A DNA stretch of 64,000 nucleotides from the NCBI GenBank assembly GCA_004431415.1, contig QPMI01000579.1, positions 124,001-188,000 on the forward strand, read 5' to 3'. The notes under the pieces were generated by a model. The model worked only from the letters and a program-made list of their open reading frames with translations, did no database searches and was not told the DNA's origin. A program made the position numbers and the translations under genes. The stretch is from Cyanophora paradoxa CCMP329 (Eukaryota; Plantae; Glaucophyta). Numbering within the stretch: position 1 is the stretch's first letter; the number at the start of each line of letters is the position of its first letter. Positions 49,294 to 61,200 of the stretch are shown here, one piece after another.

Positions 49294-52200
49294 CGCGATC
49301 AGGAGCTGCATGGCCTTTCCCCGCTCATGATCATACATCCACACCTCCATAGGGTACGTTGGGCTATTCGTCAGCGCATTGTCGGTGCCGCTCGTGTACA
49401 TTGTCGTCGACTTATAGATCGGTGTGGCGGTATTTGAATCGAACACTACGACAAATTGTCCGCCTGCGTACGCCCAGCTTGTCCAGAGGCGAATCTGTGA
49501 GCATGCGATGATCTGAACATCCTTCACAGCAGCTGGCACTTGAAAAAGTACACGCACGGTAATCGCGGAGCCAGGAAGGCGTCGGTGTCCATATGACGCC
49601 ACGATCGGCCCGGACACATTAGCTCCAAAAGCGTGTCGCCCTATTGAGAACGAAAACCCATCGCCCCCTGCTCCAATGTTGAAGGAAGGCCCATTGCCTG
49701 ACGAGCCGCAGCACAGCTTGTACCGCCACGAGGCCTTGAAGAACCGCGGCACGCGTGCCGGCACGAACACCCAAGCTCCGCCCGCCCGCGGCAACGCCGG
49801 CACAAGCTGAAGGTACGGGCCGGTGGCTGCCGAGACCACGCGCGCAGTGCCCGTGAGCGAGGATCCTGACCGGGTGAATCTCCACGCGCTCGTGAAGTTC
49901 TCGGCGAAGACCAGCGAAGTCGGCGCAAACGCGAAGCTGAAGCGCGACGCGAAGCCGCCGAAAGTGGAGACGGACCCGACGAGCGTCCCGTCAGCGATGA
50001 CGCGCAGGTCGCCCGCGTCGACGGCCACCGGAGCACCGCTCCGGCGCAGCTCGAGGGTGCAATTCGCAGCATTAGTGCTTGCAAAACGCTTTGGTGAGCA
50101 AAGAAGCGATGATGTGAAGTCTGGCTCTGCATCCAAATTTTTTGAAAACGAAAATCTCAAATTCTAATTTGACAACGATAATCACCTTCCTTAAGAAGCC
50201 ACGAAGCGATGGTAGAGCCGTTGCCGGCGGATCCGTCGGTCAACGCCACGACGGCGGCTCCGGCAGCCGCGGGCGCTGCAGGGTGCCGGTCCTGGCTCTC
50301 GACTCGGACTAGAGACGCGGGAAGAAAAGACAGCATCAGATGCGTGCAAACTCCACCGCACAATCACGAGAATTTAACACAACAGAAGAGCGCGAACCAG
50401 ACTGGACTACCACCTCGTTCGTGGCTGCCGTAGACGTGCCCGGATCAGACAGCAGAAGGAAGCCCCTGCGAGATGTCGAGCAGGCCGACGCCAGTCCACG
50501 TCAGATGGAGGACGAGCGATTGGCAGACTCATTTCAAGGATCGCACCAGTTCGGCGACGGCGACCAGCCAGTGAAGCGTTGATGGATTGCCCCGTCGGGG
50601 GAAGAAGCATAGGAATCTGGAGTGATGCTAACCCCATCTGCTCGCGCAAGAAATCGATTTCTCGACAGAAATCAGAACAATCGAGCAGCGATGGCGAACC
50701 CATCTCAATCGAATACACAGCATCCGCATCAGCATTTCTATGCAAAAAAGATCGTCAGCTTTCGAATATTCGTCTACTTGAAGCACAAAAAGCAAGCCGC
50801 CGCACGAGTCGCGATGGATCGAGAACTTCACCACGCGCCATCCGCTCGCCGGAACTGGCACCTGGGCGCGGAGTCGAGGACACGATTACGCTCGAAGCCA
50901 ATTCGCGAGGAAGGAGGCGGCGCAGCGCACCGCTCCGTAGTGGTGGTTGTTGATGAGCGTCTGCTGCTTCCAAACGTAAACGTACTTATTCGGCTCGTTG
51001 ATGAAGAAATTGATCCCCACGTCGGAGGCGAAGAAGAGCGTGTGCGCCGAGCTCAGCGATCTCGATTGGAATATCTGATCGTTGACGTCCGCGAAATCCA
51101 CAGGCACGTTCCCGTAAACGAACGCCATCGGCACGGTGGAAATCTTGAATGTGACGGTCGCTGCGTGAACGCTTCAGTTTCCAGGCGCCAGTCCAAGCCA
51201 TGCATGTGCGAGATGCACCTATGAACGTGTCCGGCGAGCCTGCCTGCGGCCGGAACGTGTAGAAGCCGCGGCATGCCGACCCGGACGCGCCCCTCGGGCA
51301 CAGCGTCAGGTTCTGGTCCGCCGCCACCGCCGAGCCCGCCATCGACTCCCCGCGGGCGTACTGCCAAGGCCCGCCCCGCGAGAAGTTGCGCTCGAAGACC
51401 AACCGAGGTTCCCCCAGCGACACGTTGAACGAGACGGTCCCCGCTCCGCCCCACCGAGGGAGAAGGGGCGACGGCACGCCCGCGAGCATACCGGCCGCCT
51501 GCACCGACATGAATGCAGGCGACCCAAGCGATGGGGCCCCCTCCAGGCGCAGCGTCGCGTTGCAAGAGAAGCTCGTTCCAGCCGCGGGGCCGGCTGGCCC
51601 CCAGGATGCGATGTCGAGGCCCGCGCCGCAGCTCAGCGAGGACGTCGCATCGGCGCCTGTTGGAGCGCGGAGCTGTGCATAAGCAACGATCGGCAAGCGC
51701 GCGGCGGACGCGCACCGCCGACGACGATGCGGTTGGATGAGACGGCCGCCGGGAGCCGCACAGTCAGGGTCCCGTTGCGCAGCACGGAGTCTCTCAGGCT
51801 CGCGTCGTACTCCTCGACCATCAGGTCGGTAATCAACGTCTCTTCCGGGTACGAAGCCACCGTGTCGGCGTAGAGCTGTCCCCAAGACACTCAGCGAGTC
51901 CAGTCGCACATGAGCCACTTCGAAGGTAGCGCGAACGCTCACCCGGAACGTCCAGCCAGGCGCGGGGTCCCAGGTGGTGCGGTCCGTGATCAGGACGTCC
52001 TCGAGCGTCGTCTCGCCATCAACCACGACGGACACGACGACGCTGCCCGCAGCCGCGCCGGGCCGGACGTGCACTGCCGCCGAGCGCCACACGCCTGCAG
52101 CCACAATGAGCATGCCAGCGTGGAAAAAACTCGAGCCACGATCAAGGCGGGTGTCCGCGGGCGCCCGCTATCGTACACGCATGCGCACCACCGGCAGCAC

Positions 52201-55200
52201 CGGACGCGATGCTGCTCGTCGCAGTTCCGCCTTGTGCGTGCCGCGTCGTCGGATGCCATATCGACAAATAGCCGTATTTATAGCCTGCAAGCGCGCGATG
52301 ATCATCATGGCATGAGTTGAAAACTAATCGAATCTCAACACAGGGCGGGTCGGCGAGATCGCCGTGAGTGCTTTCTGGCGTGTTCCCGCGCTTCTAAATA
52401 CGTAGCATTTCAAGTACAGGGCGCACCCACGTAAGTTGCGAAATGAACTGCGCAATTATGCACGTTGGTCGCAGCCATGGAACACATGATTATTGCAGCG
52501 GATCGAGACGGGTTCGCGGCCAGCTACAGCCTGTGCGCACCGGACAATCGATCGCCCTGCATGGCGAGACAGCCAAGAGCTCCGGTGCAGTACGGAGCGG
52601 ACGACGCTGTCGGCCCGTTGAACGTGTCGTTGATACGCCGCGCTGTGCCGTACGCGAACGTGAACCCGGTCCCCCCGTCTGGTTGGCGGCCCGCGTCAGA
52701 TTCAGCAGCGGCGCACGGCGCGAGTGCACACTCGTGAGGGAGTTGATGGACATGAAGCGAAAGCTCGCAGTGAAGAAGCGCGGCGGCGGCCCTGCCGGCT
52801 CGAAGACGAACATGCCCTCGCTCGGCGCGCCGCGCACGAGCCGAAGCGCGCCGTCTTCGGGCGACAGGGCGGCGGAACCCGTGATCGACCACCTGCGAGT
52901 TGAAGGAAGAGCTCAATAAGCTCAATGTGCAGGCTCTCGTATCTGCGACGAGCCCATCAGCACACACCGGTACGAGGTGGGAGGGCCCGCGGTGGTGTTG
53001 AAGCTCTCCTTGAAGACCACGAATCCGTAGGGGCCGCGCTCGAAGGCAACAGAGAAGTCGAAGCTCGGCGAGGCTGCTACACGAGCGAGGTCCTGCACAA
53101 CGCGTCCGCGGAGCCCTCCCGAGAGCTCCGCCGTGAACGGCAGCAGGACGGGATCGAAATGGATGCTGTTGCTCGCCAGCCGCGTCTCCAGCCGGCAGGT
53201 CGCCACAGCTGCCTCTCTGATGGCGGGGAGTGGAAGAACTGCAGGAGTGCACTGCAGCGTGCTCGAGGCGTCCGGAGGGCGCACAACCCAGAGCGGGTAC
53301 GGCGTGCTCTGCACTTGCGTTCCGGACGCGGCGTGGCTGTAGAACAGGGTCACGCTCCCGCTGGTGATGGATGCGGCCGCGGTGAAGTTGAACCGATACT
53401 CGCTGATGATCTGGGACCCCAAGCCTGACGCGAACGGGACGAAGGCCCCAATGGAGCCCAGGCCCGCGGAAGAGAGGCTCGCATTGACGGTGCCGAGCGG
53501 AGCAAAGATCGGCGTCCCCTGCCGGGCCGGCCGGGCCGAGCACAAGACGCTTGCGTTCACCTGCACGGCAATCTTTGCGCAGTGCACGACGACCTCCGTA
53601 GGCAGGTCTGCCGGCCGATTAATATTCCAGTGCGAGAAGGATGCACGCAACGGGCCCGACAAACAGGGGTATGCACCAGAAACGATGAAGCTCGTGGAGA
53701 GGGCCACAGCTGCGCCGCGCATCATTGTGACGGTCACGCGCCCTGTCTGCGCGATCGACGGCACGACTGGCGCAAAGGTCGCATTTGAGTACGCCATCCC
53801 GAATTCGTCCCCGCTCGTGAAAACGACGTTCGCAACCAAGGAACCAACTTGCAGGCCCTCCGCCGGGATCGTCACCCTTGCCTCCGCATAGACATTTGCG
53901 GGAGTAACGTCGACAAATATCGGCCCGCCCGCCTTCTTTGCGGCATATGTGCACACCACGGCTTCCGCAATCCTCGCCTGCTGCGGGCACAGCAGCTGCG
54001 ACGTAACTGTCGCGGGTCGCGGGGTAGCCGCGTCATCCGGCGTGTCTGCACTCGCGGTTAGGCAGATCCTTTCAGATATGCAACGGTCCGATGGTCACGC
54101 GCGCTGTTCACTCACCAGGGTAAAGGAAGACGCCGATGGCAGCTCCGGCGGGCCAGCCCGCCACCCCGAACCGCAGGCTCGGGTAGTTCTCCGGCAAAGT
54201 GTAGTGCATGCCTGCGCATTGACCATCGACTTCCGGATCTCCAGGGATCACGATCGTCTGCACGACCGCGTCAGCTCCCCGGCCCGTGAGAAACGCAGCA
54301 AGCATTGCGCTCACCTGGTTCGCATTCGTCCTATTTATCAGGTAGACCGGAGGTGTTCCAGCAATCGTATGATGCTTCCAGGATGTGTGGATTGCGAACG
54401 GCGTGCCCCGCAGATCAAGGTTCAGGATGCCGTCGGTATCGCAAGGTCCACCCCACGCTGGATAGTAGGCGTTGGACCCGGTAACAGCGCTGACGAAATC
54501 CATGGCGTTGACAGCAAAAGTGGGTCCGAGAGCTGTTGCGGGGTAGTCAAATCGCAGTCCCCAGAAATAATACCGGTAGGTGCCGCTGTAGATGTTGGCA
54601 TAGTTTGATACCCCATACGCTCCGCCCATTGGGAGAGCAAGGAAGTCGTTCGTCGAAAAATAAAAGAAGCGGTGTTGAACGTACTCGCCCGTCTCCTGCG
54701 CGACGGCACGATGGCGTGAGATAATCCAATGCAAAATCCATTGCCAGAAGCTCGAGGCAACGAGAGTACCGAGTTCCTGAAAGCGTACATGCGCGCAGTG
54801 CCTGCTCGGAGAAATCGTGAGCGAACGGACGCGGGCACGAATTCCGATGATATCCCCTTGACGTCTCACCCGTGACATTCACGAGAACAGAAGCTATTAC
54901 GCCCACGGAAGCAAATGAAGCGGTAAGCGGGGCTGTTCTCAGAGCATCCGCGATTGACGCCGGCGATCCGACGAACGTGTACGTGACCTCGAAAACGAAG
55001 CTCGACCCCGAGGCCGCCATCAAAGAGCGATCAACGACCGCCGTCAGTTTCGTCGCCAACATGCCAGGGTGGCTGAGCGTGACGTTCGACGCGAGCACCG
55101 AGACGGGCTCCTCGCGCCACCGCGTGGTCAGGTTACACCTGATTGCACGGCCATCATCGTGAGCGACAAAAGCACGAATAACGACTCTGCAGACTGCAGA

Positions 55201-58200
55201 CGTCAGCGCACCTCAGGGTTTCGCCGGTGGTCACTAAGAAGAAGTTCCGGCCGGTCTGTGGTGCGCACTGCGCAGGCGCACATGGTCATAGCCGAGCACG
55301 CGGAATCGATCATCAGCCGCACGCGTGCGAGCGCAAAGTTCATTATATTAACACGGACCTGCATTATGCTTGTCGAATCCGGCTCGCCAAGAACGACGAG
55401 GGCGCGGGGCTGAACCAGAGTCCGCTCGACAGAGACGGTGCTCCCGCTCGAACTCGTAAGCACGAATGTGCCTCGCAGCACCAGGTCCCATTTGCTCTGC
55501 TCGCAAGACGCTCGTCTTAAAAACAGCACTTGGAATGCACATGCTGCTACCAGAGAGCGACTGCAGCTGCAGCTAAAATACGCACCGGCAAAAGCTCGCG
55601 TCCCGTCGCATTGAGAGGGAAAGAAAAGGAGTTGCTTGCTGTGGTGATAGGACCCGCCTGGAGCCGGACGATGCCAGTCGTGTTCGCCACAGATACATTG
55701 AAGATGCCACTCGCGCTCCCTTCCAACGTGGCCCCTGAGCCGACATGATTAGACAATTATCCTCAAGTGCAGGAGCTGGATGTTCCGTCATCACTGCACA
55801 GCATTCGCACCTCGGACTGTCGCGATGAGAGCTGCTGGGAGGGAGACGTACGACAGGCGCGGGATTGAGAGCTCTGCCGACACCGTCCAGATTGAAATGG
55901 CCGCGCTTGTCACGACGGCAGCCGGGATGGCGTCCGGGTCGCTGAAAGCGGCTGCCACATCGCAGCTGGTCGGCGAGCCCGTGGCGTTGAGCGTGAATCG
56001 CAGCTCCGGGAGACCGCTCGTGCCATTCACAACGACGATGTGTCCGGCAGCAATCGATCCCGCCACGCAGGACGTAATTTGCACTGAGAGCAGGGCCGGA
56101 GGCACGAAAGTGCGGATTCCGCTCTTCGAAGGCACGATGGTGCAATCGACAGTGGAGTTGACCGCAATCAGGTCACTCCCGCAGGAAGCATTGACAGCGT
56201 CCGGCACATCTGCACGAAAGGTCGGCGAGCGGCATATAAAAATACCAACAGCGAAGTATCGCGATCCAGACCCGAGACAGCGATGACCGACGTGTTCGCG
56301 ATGGGTGAGCCTCGATAAAGGGCTACAAGCCGGCCGCTCCCCAACGGCGCGAAGACTGGTGCGGACCCGCGTGCGCGCGGTAAATGAGCAAGAAATCCAG
56401 ATATACAAAGGCTGCAGCGCCAGCTTAAGCGCACCCGGCTCTGTTGCCGAAATCTGCACGTCGGAAATCCCCGCCTCGGTTGCGTACCCGTACCCGGCGT
56501 TGGATCCAAAAAAGGCGAACGCCCTGTGCGGCGCGGTGAGTAGGCATTGAAATTGAGTGAATGGCGGCAACGGAGTTCAACGGAGGTTTCACCAGTCAGG
56601 CCGAGGGCTCCACCGCGGGATCGAAATGCTCGGGACCACAATGCGTCCCCGCCACGTCACCCTCAGCGATGCTCCCGCGGGATTCGCTCTATCAGGAGAG
56701 ACCTCAACCTGGCAGGGGGGCATAATCAAACACTGTGAGGACTGTTTCCCCGCCCAGGAGCGCCACACCTCCATGGAATACATCGGGTCATTCGTCAGAG
56801 CGTTGTCCGTTGCAGACGTGTAGAGACCGGCGGACTGGTAATGGACGATGTTGCCGAGGTCATCGTATACATGGACGTAATGCTGTCCCGCTCGCGCCCA
56901 CAGCGTGTAGAGGCGGACCTAGACGCCGACATCAATGTCGTACCTCACAACGCCCGCACCGCACACAGCCGATAATGGTTCGAACGAAGCCCATCATAAC
57001 GCACCGTGAGCCCTGCATTTCGCGAGCGAATGTGCCCTTTTCCGTCGTTGGCGAGAACCGAATCCGGCGCCGTCACGTTCCACCCTAGAGGAAACGCGCC
57101 GATGGAGAACGCGAATCCATCAGACGAGTATCCGACGGAGAAGCTCGGCCCGGTGCCGGTCTTGCCGCAGCACAGCTTGTACCGCCACGAGGCCCTGAAG
57201 AACCGCGGCACGCGTGCTGGCGCAAACACCCACGCCCCGCCTGCCCGCGGTAACGCCGGCACAAGCTGAAGGTACGGGCCGGTGGCTGCCGAGACCACGC
57301 GCGCAGTGCCCGTGAGCGAGGATCCTGACCGGGCGAAGCTCCACGCGCTCGTGAAGTTCTCGGCAAAGACCAGCGAGGTCGGCGCAAACGCGAAGCTGAA
57401 GCGCGACGCGAAGCCGCCGAAAGCGGAGACGGACCCGACGAGCGTCCCATCGGCGATGACGCGCAGGTCGCCCGCGTCGACGGCCACTGGAGCACCGCTC
57501 CGGCGCAGCTCGAGGGTGCAGTTGTTCGCAGAGATGTCACTGCTGGAGGCCAGCAGCCGTCTGAGGGGACAGTGCAGTCGCGATGACAAGTCCGGCGCTG
57601 CGCAGTCGGAGCACACGCGCGCGCTTTCGTCAGCCGCAAGGTGCGCTTTCGAAACCCAAGCGCGCATCAGGCACCTCCATCGAGCCTTACGGCGGCAATG
57701 GTAGAGCCGTTGCCGGCGGATCCGTCGGTCAGCGCCACGACGGCGGCTCCGGCAGCCGCGGGCGCTGCAGGGTGCCGGTCCTGGCTCTCGACTCGGACTG
57801 GCAACGGAAGAATAAAAAGAATCAGATGCACGCAAACTCCACCACACAATCGCGAGAATTTAACACAACAGAAGAGCGCGAACCAGACTGGACTACCACC
57901 TCGTTCGTGGCTGCCGTAGACGTGCCCGGATCAGACAGCAGAAGGAAGCCCCTGCGAGATGTCGAGCAGGCCGACGCCAGTCCACGTCAGATGGAGGACG
58001 AGCGATTGGCAGACTCATTTCAAGGATCGCACCAGTTCGGCGACGGCGACCAGCCAGTGAAGCGTTGATGGATCGCCCCGTCGGCTCCAGCATAGGAATC
58101 TGGAGTGATGCTAACCCCATCTGCTCGCGCAAGAAATCGATTTCTCGACAGAAATCAGAACGATCGAGCAGCGATGGCGAACCCATCTCAATCGAATACA

Positions 58201-61200
58201 CAGCATCCGCATCAGCATTTCTATGCAAAAAAGATCGTCAGCTTTCGAATATTCGTCTACTTGAAGCACAAAAAGCAAGCCGCCGCACGAGTCGCGATGG
58301 ATCGAGAACTTCACCACGCGCCATCCGCTCGCCGGAACTGGCACCTGGGCGCGGAGTCGAGGACACGATTACGCTCGAAGCCAATTCGCGAGGAAGGAGG
58401 CGGCGCACCGCTCCGTAGTGGTGGTTGTTGATGAGCGTCTGCTGCTTCCAAACGTACACGTACTTATTCGGCTCGTTGATGAAGAAATTGATCCCCACGT
58501 CGGAAGCGAAGAAGAGCGTGTGCGCCGAGCTCAGCGATCTCGATTGGAATATCTGATCGTTGACGTCCGCGAAATCCACAGGCACGTTCCCGTAAACGAA
58601 CGCCATCGGCACGGTGGAAATCTTGAATGTGACGGTCGCTGCGTGAACGCTTCAGTTTCCAGGCGCCAGTCCAAGCCATGCATGTGCGAGATGCACCTAT
58701 GAACGTGTCCGGCGAGCCTGCCTGCGGCCGGAACGTGTAGAAGCCGCGGCATGCCGACCCGGACGCGCCCCTCGGGCACAGCGTCAGGTTCTGGCCCGCC
58801 GCCACCGCCGAGCCCGCCATCGACTCCCCACGGGAGTACTGCCAAGGCCCGCCCCGCGAGAAGTTGCGCTCGAAGACCAACCGAGGCTCCCCCAGCGACA
58901 CGTTGAACGAGACGGTCCCCGCTCCGCCCGACCGAGGGAGAAGGGGCGACGGCACGCCCGCGAGCATACCGGCCGCCTGCACCGACATGAATGCAGGCGA
59001 CCCAAGCGATGGGGCCCCCTCCAGGCGCAGCGTCGCGTTGCAAGAGAAGCTCGTTCCAGCCGCGGGGCCGGCCGGCCCCCAGGATGCGATGTCGAGGCCC
59101 GCGCCGCAGCTCAGCGACGACGTCGCATCGGCGCCTGTTAGAACGCGGAGCTGTGCATAAGCAACGATCGGCAAGCGCGCGGCGGACGCGCACCGCCGAT
59201 GACGATGCGGTTGGATGAGACGGCCGCCGGGAGCCGCACAGTCAGGGTCCCGTTGCGCAGCACGGAGTCTCTCAGGCTCGCGTCGTACTCCTCGACCATC
59301 AGGTCGGTAATCAACGTCTCTTCCGGGTACGAAGCCACCGTGTCGGCGTAGAGCTGTCCCCAAGACACTCAGCGAGTCCAGTCGCACATGAGCCACTTCG
59401 AAGGTAGCGCGAACGCTCACCCGGAACGTCCAGCCAGGCGCGGGGTCCCAGGTGGTGCGGTCCGTGATCAGGACGTCCTCGAGCGTCGTCTCGCCATCAA
59501 CCACGACGGACACGACGACGCTGCCCGCAGCCGCGCCGGGCCGGACGTGCACTGCCGCCGAGCGCCACACGCCTGCAGCCACAATGAGCATGCCAGCGTG
59601 GAAAAAACTCGAGCCACGATCAAGGCGGGTGTCCGCGGGCGCCCGCTATCGTACACGCATGCGCACCACCGGCAGCACCGGACGCGATGCTGCTCGTCGC
59701 AGTTCCGCCTTGCGCGTGCCGCGTCGTCGGATGCCATATCGACAAATAGCCGTATTTATAGCCTGCAAGCGCGCGATGATCATCATGGCATGAGTTGAAA
59801 ACTAATCGAATCTCAACACAGGGCGGGTCGGCGAGATCGCCGTGAGTGCTTTCTGGCGTGTTCCCGCGCTTCTAAATACGTAGCATTTCAAGTACAGGGC
59901 GCACCCACGTAAGTTGCGAAATGAACTGCGCAATTATGCACGTTGGTCGCAGCCATGGAACACATGATTATTGCAGCGGATCGAGACGGGTTCGCGGCCA
60001 GCTACAGCCTGTGCGCACCGGACAATCGATCGCCCTGCATGGCGAGACAGCCAAGAGCTCCGGTGCAGTACGGAGCGGACGACGCTGTCGGCCCGTTGAA
60101 CGTGTCGTTGATACGCCGCGCTGTGCCGTACGCGAACGTGAACCCGGTCCCCCCGTCTGGTTGGCGGCCCGCGTCAGATTCAGCAGCGGCGCACGGCGCG
60201 AGTGCACACTCGTGAGGGAGTTGATGGACATGAAGCGAAAGCTCGCAGTGAAGAAGCGCGGCGGCGGCCCTGCCGGCTCGAAGACGAACATGCCCTCGCT
60301 CGGCGCGCCGCGCACGAGCCGAAGCGCGCCGTCTTCGGGCGACAGGGCGGCGGAACCCGTGATCGACCACCTGCGAGTTGAAGGAAGAGCTCAATAAGCT
60401 CAATGTGCAGGCTCTCGTATCTGCGACGAGCCCATCAGCACACACCGGTACGAGGTGGGAGGGCCCGCGGTGGTGTTGAAGCTCTCCTTGAAGACCACGA
60501 ATCCGTAGGGGCCGCGCTCGAAGGCAACAGAGAAGTCGAAGCTCGGCGAGGCTGCTACACGAGCGAGGTCCTGCACAACGCGTCCGCGGAGCCCTCCCGA
60601 GAGCTCCGCCGTGAACGGCAGCAGGACGGGATCGAAATGGATGCTGTTGCTCGCCAGCCGCGTCTCCAGCCGGCAGGTCGCCACAGCTGCCTCTCTGATG
60701 GCGGGGAGTGGAAGAACTGCAGGAGTGCACTGCAGCGTGCTCGAGGCGTCCGGAGGGCGCACAACCCAGAGCGGGTACGGCGTGCTCTGCACTTGCGTTC
60801 CGGACGCGGCGTGGCTGTAGAACAGGGTCACGCTCCCGCTGGTGATGGATGCGGCCGCGGTGAAGTTGAACCGATACTCGCTGATGATCTGGGACCCCAA
60901 GCCTGACGCGAACGGGACGAAGGCCCCAATGGAGCCCAGGCCCGCGGAAGAGAGGCTCGCATTGACGGTGCCGAGCGGAGCAAAGATCGGCGTCCCCTGC
61001 CGGGCCGGCCGGGCCGAGCACAAGACGCTTGCGTTCACCTGCACGGCAATCTTTGCGCAGTGCACGACGACCTCCGTAGGCAGGTCTGTCGGCGATTGCA
61101 GTGTGAGGTGGCTGTGCCCAACGAGCCCGACAAACAGGGGTATGCACCAGAAACGATGAAGCTCGTGGAGAGGGCCACAGCTGCGCCGCGCATCATTGTG

